Part shown: positions 20,019 through 28,845 of the stretch, piece by piece
How the letters are laid out: every line of letters begins with the position of its first letter
How positions within the stretch are numbered: the stretch's first letter is position 1
Source of the DNA: Hydrurus foetidus
Taxonomy: Eukaryota
Assembly: GCA_900617105.1 (NCBI GenBank)
Contig: UYFQ01000001.1
Location: 434,001 to 498,000, forward strand
Length of the DNA: 64,000 nt
Direction of reading: 5' to 3'
Program-made: the position numbers and the translations under genes
Notes under the pieces: model-generated
Databases searched by the model: none
Told to the model about the DNA's origin: nothing
What the model saw: only the letters and a program-made list of their open reading frames with translations

Positions 20019-20187
20019 TGTGAAGTGTTTTTGTTGATTGTGCTTTGGGTCGTTGCCGGGCCATAAGGTATGTGTTTACCGCAGATGCCGCCTTCTGGGG
20101 TGCCAGGAGTTGCTGGCACAGGTGCGTCCGAAAGGGCGCAAAGAGGGCCTAACGCATCAAGAGCTGTGTGCGAGATATTGGTGCGGG

Positions 20188-20799
20188 CTAAACTGCCAGC
20201 ACATCACGTACCCTGGCCTGAAGCATGGGCACTACTTCTTCGATGAACCATGGGTTGGCCTTGAGCCAGATGTTATTTCGAGGACTTGGGTGGGGCAGCG
20301 GCAGTGCGCTGGGCCAGTGCTCACGCCAGTTGCGAACCGTCTCGGTCAGGTTTTGACCTTTGCATTGCGGCAAATGCCAATCCATGGCGTATTGGCCGAT
20401 CACCAACACCAGTTCAATCTTTGGCATGGCCGCTAACAAAGGCGCGCGCCACTGTGGGGCGCATTCGCGCCGGGGCGGCAAGTCGCCAGATTTACCCGTG
20501 CCAGGGTAACAAAAGCCCATGGGCAAAATGCCAATCATTTTGGGGTCGTAAAACACCTCGGCGCCGATGCCCATCCAAGCGCGCAGGCGCTCGCCACTGG
20601 CATCGTCAAATGGCACACCACTGGCGTGCACCTTGCGCCCGGGCGCTTGGCCCGCCACCAGGATGCGTGCGCTGGCATCGACCTGCAATACAGGCCGCAT
20701 GCCATCGGCTAAATGCGGTACGCAAATCGCGCAAGCGCGCACCTCTTTCAGGAGCAAGGGGAGCTTGATCGATGCGGGCTGTCGTGCAGTTGTATTCAT
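20188..20799 (-). CDS. Uracil-DNA glycosylase family protein
   Basis: CAIC, GQAPG, PMGFCYPG, LPHPSPRN. Confidence 0.9.
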   Translation of the reverse strand: MNTTARQPASIKLPLLLKEVRACAICVPHLADGMRPVLQVDASARILVAGQAPGRKVHASGVPFDDASGERLRAWMGIGAEVFYDPKMIGILPMGFCYPGTGKSGDLPPRRECAPQWRAPLLAAMPKIELVLVIGQYAMDWHLPQCKGQNLTETVRNWREHWPSALPLPHPSPRNNIWLKANPWFIEEVVPMLQARVRDVLAV

Positions 20800-20903
20800 T
20801 TTTTGGAGACGCTTTGCAGGTAGGCCACCAAGTCGCTGCGATCCTGTGCGTCAGCCACAGAATAGCCCATCCTCTGGCCCGGAATGGTCTTTTCTGGGTT
20901 GAC
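20796..20903 (-). pseudogene. C-terminal remnant of a class I cytochrome c
   Basis: Manual translation VNPEKTIPGQRMGYSVADAQDRSDLVAYLQSVSKK*; no CxxCH and no upstream start; stop overlaps the UDG ATG. Confidence 0.75.
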
Positions 20904-20907
20904 TTGA

Positions 20908-21384
20908 CTAAGCGTGCTCGCCCACTTGGCTTTGCAGGTAGTTGGGCAGGCCGAGTTTGTCGATCAGGTCGAGCTGGGTTTCCAGGAAGTCGATGTGCTC
21001 TTCGGTGTCATCCAGAATGCGTTGCAGCAGCTCGCGTGAGACGTAATCGCGGGCGGTTTCGCAGTATTCGATGCCGGCTTTGATGGTTGCTTGTGCGCCT
21101 TGCTCTGACTTCAAATCGCATGCCAGTGTTTCGGGCACCGATTCACCGACCATGAGCTTGCCCAGGTCTTGCAAATTGGGCAGGCCGTCGAGCATGAAAA
21201 TGCGGTCCATCAGCATGTCCGCGTGCTTCATCTCTCCGATGGATTCTTCGTATTCCTTTTTGGCCAGCTTGGTGAACCCCCAGTGCTTCAACATGCGGTA
21301 GTGCAGGAAGTACTGGTTGATAGCGGTGAGTTCGTTTTTGAGTTGAGCTTGCAGATGCTCAATGACTTTGGCGTCGCCTTTCAT
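20908..21384 (-). CDS. bfr: Bacterioferritin
   Basis: MKGDAKVIEHL, ELTAINQYFLH, ESIGEMKHAD, DTEEHIDFLETQ; 158 aa from ATG 21384. Confidence 0.97.
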   Translation of the reverse strand: MKGDAKVIEHLQAQLKNELTAINQYFLHYRMLKHWGFTKLAKKEYEESIGEMKHADMLMDRIFMLDGLPNLQDLGKLMVGESVPETLACDLKSEQGAQATIKAGIEYCETARDYVSRELLQRILDDTEEHIDFLETQLDLIDKLGLPNYLQSQVGEHA

Positions 21385-21581
21385 GGCAGTCCCTTTGAAG
21401 TTATGGAAAGACCCTATTGTCAGGCAGACATTCAGCAAGCCAAAGTAAAACCTGCTAATACCCACACGCTGACGGTTTGCATGCGGGTGAGGGTGATAGG
21501 TGTTCGTATTACGCGCAGGATGAGGGGGTGTGCGTGGCGGTGATGCAGGCAAATGGGGTTGATTTTGGCGAAATTTTCACA

Positions 21582-21600
21582 AATGAGAATTATTCTCATT
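21582..21600. promoter_or_regulatory. Perfect palindromic Fur box between divergent bfr and the 21657 gene
   Basis: AATGAGAAT-T-ATTCTCATT. Confidence 0.9.
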
Positions 21601-21656
21601 TAAAATCAAGCCATCATCTTTCCATCCGCCGCGTACACCATCGAAAGGGTTGCCAC

Positions 21657-22100
21657 ATGAAACGAATCACAGTGAGTTGGGGCTGGTTCAAGCGTTGGGC
21701 GCAGCCCTGGTTGGCGCCGCGCAGCAGTCTGGTTGAGGCCGCAGCGGCTTATCCCCTATCGAAAAGGCCAGTGTCAGCCGGTGCCTCGGTGCCCGTTGAG
21801 CCATCCGGTATGTTGGATGAAAACGCCGCGTTGACGCGCATGCTGGCGACGGTGCAGCAGCGCTGCACCCGTTTGCTGACGGGCTATGCCACGCGCGTTC
21901 AGCAACTCGATGCCGAAGTCGTTCGCCTGCGTGCTGCCGTAATTTTGCGCGACTCAGCGCTGTATTTGGCGCTGGACGAGCAAGGGCGACACGAATGGGC
22001 TGCACTGCGCCAGCGGGCCAGTTTGGGCGTGCGACCGAAACGAGACGGTGTGCTGGCCCGCGCCAAGACGCGAGTGCCAGTGGTGAGCTGTCACTTTTGA
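21657..22100 (+). CDS. Fur-boxed coiled-coil protein resembling the N-terminal part of DUF2325 proteins
   Basis: ATG after GAAAGGG; heptad region QQRCTRLL..QQLDAEVVRLRAAVILRDSAL. Confidence 0.6.
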   Translation: MKRITVSWGWFKRWAQPWLAPRSSLVEAAAAYPLSKRPVSAGASVPVEPSGMLDENAALTRMLATVQQRCTRLLTGYATRVQQLDAEVVRLRAAVILRDSALYLALDEQGRHEWAALRQRASLGVRPKRDGVLARAKTRVPVVSCHF

Positions 22101-22114
22101 TACGGCTTCGGGTT

Positions 22115-23698
22115 TTAAGCCGCCACTGAACTCCGAATCAAATGGTCAAACGCACCCAGCGCTGCTTTGGCCCCATCGCCCGCCGCGATGATGATTTGCT
22201 TGAAGGGCACGGTCGTCGCGTCACCGGCGGCAAACACACCCGGCACTGAAGTCTGCCCTCGGTTGTCCACCACGATTTCGCCGTGCTTGCTGAGTTCCAG
22301 CGTGCCCTTGAGCCATTCGGTGTTCGGCACCAAACCGATCTGCACGAAGCAGCCTTCCAGTTCGATGTGGTGGCTTTGGTTGCTGGTACGGTCGGTGTAG
22401 GTCAGGCCGTTCAGCTTGTTGCCGTCCCCGGTCAGCTCGGTGGTTTGTGCCGATACATGGACGGTCACGTTGGGCAGGCTGTGCAGTTTCTTGACCAGTA
22501 CGGCATCGGCACGCAGCGCTTCGCCGAATTCGATCAGCGTCACCTGCGCTACCAGCCCGGCCAAGTCGATGGCGGCTTCAACACCTGAGTTGCCACCACC
22601 AATCACCGCCACGCGCTTGCCTTTGAACAGCGGGCCATCGCAGTGCGGGCAGTAGGCCACGCCCTTGTTTTTGTATGCTTGTTCGCCGGGGACGTTGACG
22701 TTGCGCCAGCGTGCGCCCGTGGTCACGATCACGGTTTTGGATTTCAGCGTGCCACCGTTGGCCAGTTGCACTTCGACCAAGCCGCCGGGCGTGGTGGCGG
22801 GAATCAACTTGTCGCCGCGTTGCAGGTTCATCACGTCCACGCCGTAGGCTTTCACGTGTGCGTCCAGGCCCATGGCGAACTTCGGGCCGTCGGTTTCCAG
22901 CACGGAGATGAAATTTTCGATCGCTAGTGTGTCGTTCACCTGCCCGCCAAAGCGTTCAGCGGCAATGCCAGTGCGGATGCCTTTGCGTGCGGCGTACACG
23001 GCGGCTGCAGCGCCTGCCGGGCCACCGCCAACCACCAGCACATCAAACGCTGGCTTGGCCGAGAGCTTGGCGGCATCTTTGTCCGCCGCGCCGGTGTCGA
23101 GCTTGGTGACGATTTCTTCCACCGTCATGCGGCCTGAGCCGAAATGGCTGCCGTTCAAGTAAATGCTGGGCACAGCCATCACTTCGCGGGCGTTGACTTC
23201 ATCTTGGTACAGCGCACCGTCGATGATGACCGTTTTGATTTGGGGGTTGAACACCGACATCAGCGTCAGCGCCTGCACCACGTCGGGGCAGTTGTGGCAG
23301 CTGAGGGACATGTAGACCTCGAAATTGAAGTCACCGTCCAGCGCTTGGATGCTTGTGATGACATCCGGCTCCACCTTGGGCGGATGACCGCCAGTCCACA
23401 GCAGGGCCAGCACCAGCGAGGTGAACTCGTGGCCCATGGGGATGGCCGCGAAACGCAGGCTCATCGGTGCGCCGGTATCGCTGTCGCTGCTGATACGGTT
23501 CAGGCTGAACGATGGTTTACGTGCATCCGTGCCATCGGTCTTCAGGGTGATTTTGTCGGACAACCCAACGATGTCTTCCAGCAGGCCGCGCATGTCTGCT
23601 GCGCCTTTGCTGTCGTCCAGCGATGCTGTGATTTGGAACGGCTTTGTGACCCGTTCCAGGTAACTCTTCAGTTGTACTTTGAGGTTGTCGTCCAACAT
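22115..23698 (-). CDS. ahpF: Alkyl hydroperoxide reductase subunit F
   Basis: [37 protein letters not shown]. Confidence 0.97.
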   Translation of the reverse strand: MLDDNLKVQLKSYLERVTKPFQITASLDDSKGAADMRGLLEDIVGLSDKITLKTDGTDARKPSFSLNRISSDSDTGAPMSLRFAAIPMGHEFTSLVLALLWTGGHPPKVEPDVITSIQALDGDFNFEVYMSLSCHNCPDVVQALTLMSVFNPQIKTVIIDGALYQDEVNAREVMAVPSIYLNGSHFGSGRMTVEEIVTKLDTGAADKDAAKLSAKPAFDVLVVGGGPAGAAAAVYAARKGIRTGIAAERFGGQVNDTLAIENFISVLETDGPKFAMGLDAHVKAYGVDVMNLQRGDKLIPATTPGGLVEVQLANGGTLKSKTVIVTTGARWRNVNVPGEQAYKNKGVAYCPHCDGPLFKGKRVAVIGGGNSGVEAAIDLAGLVAQVTLIEFGEALRADAVLVKKLHSLPNVTVHVSAQTTELTGDGNKLNGLTYTDRTSNQSHHIELEGCFVQIGLVPNTEWLKGTLELSKHGEIVVDNRGQTSVPGVFAAGDATTVPFKQIIIAAGDGAKAALGAFDHLIRSSVAA

Positions 23699-23771
23699 AC
23701 ATTTCTTTCGGTCAATGCCGCCACCGGCCTCGTGAGCCAATGGCAGGTTTACTTATACAGATTTAACAGAT

Positions 23772-24335
23772 TTAGATCTTGCCAACCAAGTCGATGGAAG
23801 GGGTCAGCGTGGTCGCGCCTTCGTTCCATTTTGCGGGGCAAACTTGGCCGGGGTGGGCTGCGGTGTACTGTGCGGCGCGCAGCTTGCGCACGGTTTCCTT
23901 GACATCGCGAGCGATTTCATTGGAATGGATTTCAGCGGTCTTGATGACCAACTCAGGGTTGATGATGAAGGTGCCGCGCAGTGCCAAACCTTCTTCAGGG
24001 ATATGCACGCCAAAAGCGTTGGTCAGGGTGTGGGTAGGGTCGCCCACCAGAGGGAACTTGGCTTTGCCCACAGCAGGCGAAGTCTCGTGCCACACCTTGT
24101 GTGAGAAATGGGTGTCGGTGGTGACGATGTAGACCTCAGCACCCATCTTTTGGAATTCAGCGTAGTTGTCGGCTGCGTCTTCGATTTCGGTGGGGCAGTT
24201 GAAAGTGAAAGCTGCAGGCATAAAGATCAAAACAGACCATTTGCCCTTCAGGGTCTGGTCGCTGACGGGCACGAATTTTCCGTTGTGGAAGGCTTCGGTC
24301 TTGAAGGGCTGTACTTGGGTATTGATAAGGGACAT
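23772..24335 (-). CDS. ahpC: Alkyl hydroperoxide reductase subunit C
   Basis: MSLINTQ, FTFNCPTE, VCPAKW, DLVGKI; 187 aa. Confidence 0.97.
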   Translation of the reverse strand: MSLINTQVQPFKTEAFHNGKFVPVSDQTLKGKWSVLIFMPAAFTFNCPTEIEDAADNYAEFQKMGAEVYIVTTDTHFSHKVWHETSPAVGKAKFPLVGDPTHTLTNAFGVHIPEEGLALRGTFIINPELVIKTAEIHSNEIARDVKETVRKLRAAQYTAAHPGQVCPAKWNEGATTLTPSIDLVGKI

Positions 24336-24412
24336 GGTCGTTTTCTCTGAATGTGTGAATGGCAAGACAGGTGACAGCACGCGGGATGCGTTACCGACAA
24401 GACGAATATTAA

Positions 24413-24460
24413 GCTATTGAGATGGCAGTTTTGATTGATAGTTTGTATGGGCTTGATAGC
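24413..24460. promoter_or_regulatory. Probable OxyR site upstream of ahpC
   Basis: Minus strand CTAT-N7-ATAC-N7-CAAT, three of the four phased OxyR tetrads. Confidence 0.5.
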
Positions 24461-24514
24461 TGCAAAAAAGGATGGGCGGACTCAGTCATGAGTCTTTACC
24501 TCGCCTTGCGTTAC

Positions 24515-25492
24515 TTACAACCAATGCTGCGCCACATACACGTAAAGTGGAATGCCCATCAAAATATTGAACGGAAAGGTCAACCCCAGTGACATGCCGA
24601 AGTAAAGCGTAGGGTTGGCCTCAGGGATAGCATGGCGAATGACTGCGGGCACAGCGATGTAGGACGCACTGGCTGCCAATACCATCAGCAGCGCTACGTT
24701 GCCAACGGACATTCCCAACGCCCAACCGATCACCAGTGCAATGCTCGCATGCACCAGAGGGCCGACAATCGCATACACCAGCAACCAGACAGACTGCCCC
24801 TTGAGCTTGCCCATGTTGCGCGCTGCCAGCAAACCCATGTCAAGCAGAAAGAACGCCAACATGCCCTTGAACAGATCCACAGAAAATGGTTTCATGGCTG
24901 CTTGGCCTGAATCCCCAGTCAGCACGCCGATAAGCATTGCGCCTATGAGCAACAGTTGAGCGCCATCGGTCAGTGCCTCGTGAAGGATGCGTCCCAGCGG
25001 TGCGTTAGAGGCTTTGTCGAGAGTGGGTTCATTTAAGGCTACGGTTTTTTGTCGGGCATGGTTTGCTAGCACCACAGCGAGCACGATGGCGGGTGACTCC
25101 ATCAGCGCCATCGCAGCGGCCATGTGTCCGCCAAAGCTGATACCGTGGGTATCGAGGTATTGCACAGCGGTGATGAAAGTGACCGCGCTAACAGACCCAT
25201 AGGTCGCAGCAACTGCCGCCGCATCAAAACCATTAAGGAAGCGACGCAGAACCAGATACCCCACCACTGGCACCAGTATGGCCATACCCAGCGCAGCGCC
25301 CAGGCTAATAAGCACATCCATAGTCAGGCCGGAATGGGCCAGGGCAAACCCACCCTTGAGGCCCAAGGCCATCAATAAATACAAAGACAAAAATCGCGAG
25401 ATTTGGGGGGGTATTTCGAGGTTTGACTTCAGCGAACCCGCCAAAATTCCGAACACAAAAAATAAAATGGCGGGATCGAAGAAGCTTTGCAT
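24515..25492 (-). CDS. sbtA: Sodium-dependent bicarbonate transporter SbtA family
   Basis: LSLYLLMALGLKGG, AATYGSVSAVTF, ALMESPA, ASASYIAVPA, TFPFNI. Confidence 0.92.
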   Translation of the reverse strand: MQSFFDPAILFFVFGILAGSLKSNLEIPPQISRFLSLYLLMALGLKGGFALAHSGLTMDVLISLGAALGMAILVPVVGYLVLRRFLNGFDAAAVAATYGSVSAVTFITAVQYLDTHGISFGGHMAAAMALMESPAIVLAVVLANHARQKTVALNEPTLDKASNAPLGRILHEALTDGAQLLLIGAMLIGVLTGDSGQAAMKPFSVDLFKGMLAFFLLDMGLLAARNMGKLKGQSVWLLVYAIVGPLVHASIALVIGWALGMSVGNVALLMVLAASASYIAVPAVIRHAIPEANPTLYFGMSLGLTFPFNILMGIPLYVYVAQHWL

Positions 25493-25607
25493 GGTGATAC
25501 CTCGGGTTCAATTAAAAATACTTTGTAAAAGGCAAATTAAGGGTATAAGAAAAATGACTTCTTAAAAATCAGATAATTTCTTATTAAAACTCTTAAAAAA
25601 AAGGACT

Positions 25608-26495
25608 ATGAGCTCCACTTTCAACTACAAGCACCTTTACTACTTTTGGGTGGTGGCTAAAGAAGGCGGTATCTCGCGGGCTGCTGAAAAATTGGACATG
25701 GCAATACAAACCGTGAGTGCCCAGGTGCGTGAGCTTGAGCGCTCTCTCGGCTATGCGCTTCTCAAACCGGCTGGACGCGGGTTGGTGTTGACTGACGCAG
25801 GCTTGGCTGCCATGCACCAAGCGGATCAAATATTTCAGCTTGGCGAAGACCTTCCTGCGCGGGTGCGTGATGCTGTCAGTGCGCCTACCGTGCGACTGGC
25901 TGTTGGGCTTTGTGACGGTCTACCCAAGCTGGTCGTGCATCGTCTCATTCAACCTGTGATGACTGAGCCTAACTTGCGGCTGCTGTGCCATGAGGGGAGT
26001 TTTGATGATTTGCTGGGCGACTTAGCGTTGCACCGACTCGATGTTGTGCTGTCAGATCGACCCGCCCCAACCAATCCCAATATCAAGCTGTACAGCCATG
26101 CCCTGGGGGTGTCCAGCATTGCTTGGTACGGGACGGCCACCCTGGTCGCGGCTGCAAGTGAGGATTTTCCACGCAGCCTGGCCAATGTACCTTTGCTGCT
26201 GCCTACAGCGAATACAGCTGTGCGCGACCGCCTGAACCAGTGGTTTGAACGGTTTGCGATTCGTCCCCGTGTGGTCGGTGAGTTTGCAGACAGCGCTTTG
26301 CTCAAAACCTTTGGTGCCAGTGGCATGGGGGTGTTTCCGGCGGCCGAGTGGGTGCATGACGATCTGATGACTCACTATGCTGTACAGCGTGTAGGTTCCT
26401 GCGAAGGAGTTTTCGAGCACTTTTTTGCGATTGGTACGGAAAAGAAAGTAAATCACCCTCTGGTGCAGCGTTTGCTGCGACCTGCCTTGTCGTGA
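25608..26495 (+). CDS. nhaR: NhaR-type LysR regulator
   Basis: FNYKHLYYFWVVAKEG, QTVSAQ, GEFADSALLKTFG. Confidence 0.85.
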   Translation: MSSTFNYKHLYYFWVVAKEGGISRAAEKLDMAIQTVSAQVRELERSLGYALLKPAGRGLVLTDAGLAAMHQADQIFQLGEDLPARVRDAVSAPTVRLAVGLCDGLPKLVVHRLIQPVMTEPNLRLLCHEGSFDDLLGDLALHRLDVVLSDRPAPTNPNIKLYSHALGVSSIAWYGTATLVAAASEDFPRSLANVPLLLPTANTAVRDRLNQWFERFAIRPRVVGEFADSALLKTFGASGMGVFPAAEWVHDDLMTHYAVQRVGSCEGVFEHFFAIGTEKKVNHPLVQRLLRPALS

Positions 26496-26610
26496 ACAAG
26501 CGCGGACGCTGCTACCTGACGAGGCATCGCCACATAAGCACATGAAAAAACTGTCTTAGTACAACGGAGTAGGGCACCTATCATCGCGCCAATTTTTTAA
26601 AGTGCGCCCT

Positions 26611-27591
26611 ATGAAACTCCGTCACATTGATTTCGAACATCCGATAGCGAATCCAGAACACGATGCTCTGGCATTGCCTCCCATTGAGTACGAGGTGACA
26701 CATGCGTTTGAGCGCCCGGCAATGCGTTTGCTGAGTTTTGGTGTGCTGGGTGTGCTGATGGGACTGCTGGTGTACCTCGCATATCGGTTATTTCTGGGTG
26801 GTCATCCACAAAGTGGTGTCGATCTGATTCAACAGACGTTGTACGACCCCCTGTTTTGGACTGCCATGGCAGTAGGTTTGCTGGCTCAGGCCATTGACGG
26901 AGCGTTGGGGATGGCCTATGGCATCACGTCAAGCAGTTTTTTACTGGCTGTCGGTGTGCCGCCCGCAATGGCCAGTGGCGCTACGCATTTGGCGGAGGTC
27001 TTTACCACCGGAATTTCCGGTGTATCTCACCTGCGGCTAGGCAATGTCCACAAAAAGCTATTTCTAAGTTTGTTGCTGCCTGGTGTTGTTGGTGCGCTGG
27101 TGGGGGTCTATATATTGGGCCATGTCAACGGCGCGGTACTCAAGCCGTTCGTCAGTGCCTACCTGTTGGTGATGGGTCTGTATGTATTTGCCAAAGCGTT
27201 TCGTCGCATTGGCGTGCGACGCGATATCCAGACCCGCAAAGTGGTTCCCTTGGCTTTTGCCGGGGGGCTGATGGACACCACTGGCGGCGGTGGGTGGGGG
27301 CCGATTGTGACGACATCGTTGGTGGGGGCCGGCAACGATCCGCGCACCACCATCGGCTCGGTCAATTTGGCAGAGTTTTTTTTGACAGTCACTGTCGCAG
27401 CGTCATTCTTGTCGATCCTGGATCAAAAGGTGTGGGTGCTGGTCGCAGGGTTGGCACTGGGCGGTTTGATCGCCGCACCGTTCGCAGCCATGATGACCAG
27501 GCACCTGCGGGCTAAGGTCTTGCTCATGCTGGTGGGGGGGCTCATTACCTGTATCAGTGTGTTCAACTTGTACCGGGCTTGGGCGAACTGA
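26611..27591 (+). CDS. Sulfite exporter TauE/SafE family
   Basis: IDGALGMAYG, AEVFTTGISGVSH, GGGGWGPIVTT, IGSVNLAEFF. Confidence 0.9.
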   Translation: MKLRHIDFEHPIANPEHDALALPPIEYEVTHAFERPAMRLLSFGVLGVLMGLLVYLAYRLFLGGHPQSGVDLIQQTLYDPLFWTAMAVGLLAQAIDGALGMAYGITSSSFLLAVGVPPAMASGATHLAEVFTTGISGVSHLRLGNVHKKLFLSLLLPGVVGALVGVYILGHVNGAVLKPFVSAYLLVMGLYVFAKAFRRIGVRRDIQTRKVVPLAFAGGLMDTTGGGGWGPIVTTSLVGAGNDPRTTIGSVNLAEFFLTVTVAASFLSILDQKVWVLVAGLALGGLIAAPFAAMMTRHLRAKVLLMLVGGLITCISVFNLYRAWAN

Positions 27592-27705
27592 CTGCGCTTG
27601 AATCATCCCTATTTTCCGAAGCTAATTTCAGTTGAATGCTGCTTTTTTAGAGGTCATTTGCAGTCTATTCTTCATGCAGTTCTTTCACTTTAAAAGGAAA
27701 TTCTC

Positions 27706-28638
27706 ATGAAAAAGCTGCTTTTACTGCTGGCCTTGGTGTTTACGCTTGGCCTTGCAACTGTCGCTACGGACGCCGAAGCCTCAAAGCGCCTGGGTTCTGG
27801 TAAATCTGTGGGGACTCAACGCCAGGCGACCCAAGACAAGGCACCCGCTGCTGGTCAAGCATCTACGGCAACTCCCGCAGCCGCTGCTGCAGCGCCTTCC
27901 CGCTCATGGATGGGGCCGGTCGCAGGGATCGCTGCAGGTCTTGGCCTCGCCGCCCTGGCATCCCACATGGGTTTTGGCGATGAATTGGCTTCTATGGTCA
28001 TGATGGGGCTGTTAGCTGCTGCGATCATGGTGGTCATTGGTTTCGTGATGCGCAAACGGGCGGCGGCCAAGCAGGCAGGCAATCCAAGTGTTAGTCCTGG
28101 TGGCATGCAGTACGCCCATGTCAACCCAGGTGCTGCGCGTGATGCTGGAAGAACTGACCAAGAGGCTCCCGCCTACAAGGTGTCTATGCCAGAAGGTGGC
28201 CGCAGTGTTATTGGCTCTCGTTTGGGTGCAAGTACAGGTGTGATGGCCGCCGGTGCAAGCCAGATCCCTGCTGATTTTGATGTCGCTGGCTTTGAGCGAA
28301 ATGCCAAAGTTAACTTCATTCGCCTGCAAGCTGCAAACGATGCGGGCAACCTGGACGATATCCGCGAGTTCACCACGCCTGAAATGTTTGCTGAACTGAA
28401 GCTGCAAACAGCCGAGCGCGGCACCGCGACGCAAAAGAGTGACGTTATCAGCATCCATGCTCAGGTGATGGAAGTGGCTGAAGAGCTCGATCGCCATATC
28501 GTGAGCGTACGTTTCACTGGCGTGATCCGCGAGGACATCGGGGCACCTGACGAAGCTTTTGATGAGATTTGGCACTTGCTGAAGCCACGTCAAGGCAACA
28601 GTGGTTGGGTGCTGAGTGGGATTCAGCAACTGTCTTGA
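27706..28638 (+). CDS. Tim44 domain-containing protein
   Basis: KRLGSGKSVG, FIRLQAAND, SVRFTGVIRE, FDEIWHL, WVLSGIQQ. Confidence 0.9.
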   Translation: MKKLLLLLALVFTLGLATVATDAEASKRLGSGKSVGTQRQATQDKAPAAGQASTATPAAAAAAPSRSWMGPVAGIAAGLGLAALASHMGFGDELASMVMMGLLAAAIMVVIGFVMRKRAAAKQAGNPSVSPGGMQYAHVNPGAARDAGRTDQEAPAYKVSMPEGGRSVIGSRLGASTGVMAAGASQIPADFDVAGFERNAKVNFIRLQAANDAGNLDDIREFTTPEMFAELKLQTAERGTATQKSDVISIHAQVMEVAEELDRHIVSVRFTGVIREDIGAPDEAFDEIWHLLKPRQGNSGWVLSGIQQLS

Positions 28639-28718
28639 GTCCGGTATTCACCGAATCACAGTGAAATTGCGAGACGGGTGTGTTGAGTTGTCGCCAATTT
28701 TGGGTTTGAAATTGAACA

Positions 28719-28737
28719 AATGAGAATCATTCGCATA
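28719..28737. promoter_or_regulatory. Fur box upstream of the hmu operon
   Basis: AATGAGAATCATTCGCATA. Confidence 0.88.
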
Positions 28738-28845
28738 TAATGATCCCACGTATTAGCTAGCCACGTTCTTGCCCGGTGTCGGGGAGTTTGCAGCCAGCGG
28801 TTGTTACCAACACACAACTGCATCTGACTGCACAAGGACTCCCCC

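Noticed and set aside
20147..20190. GCCTAAC/GTTAGGC as an integron attC core
   Set aside because: No matching complementary core site, L boxes or integrase.
21385..21552. 56-codon N-terminal extension of bfr in the ORF track (also extensions on ahpC, ahpF, hoxG, hoxZ, hoxL, hypA, hypC, hoxB)
   Set aside because: Canonical N-termini begin at downstream ATGs; the extensions are ORF-caller artefacts.
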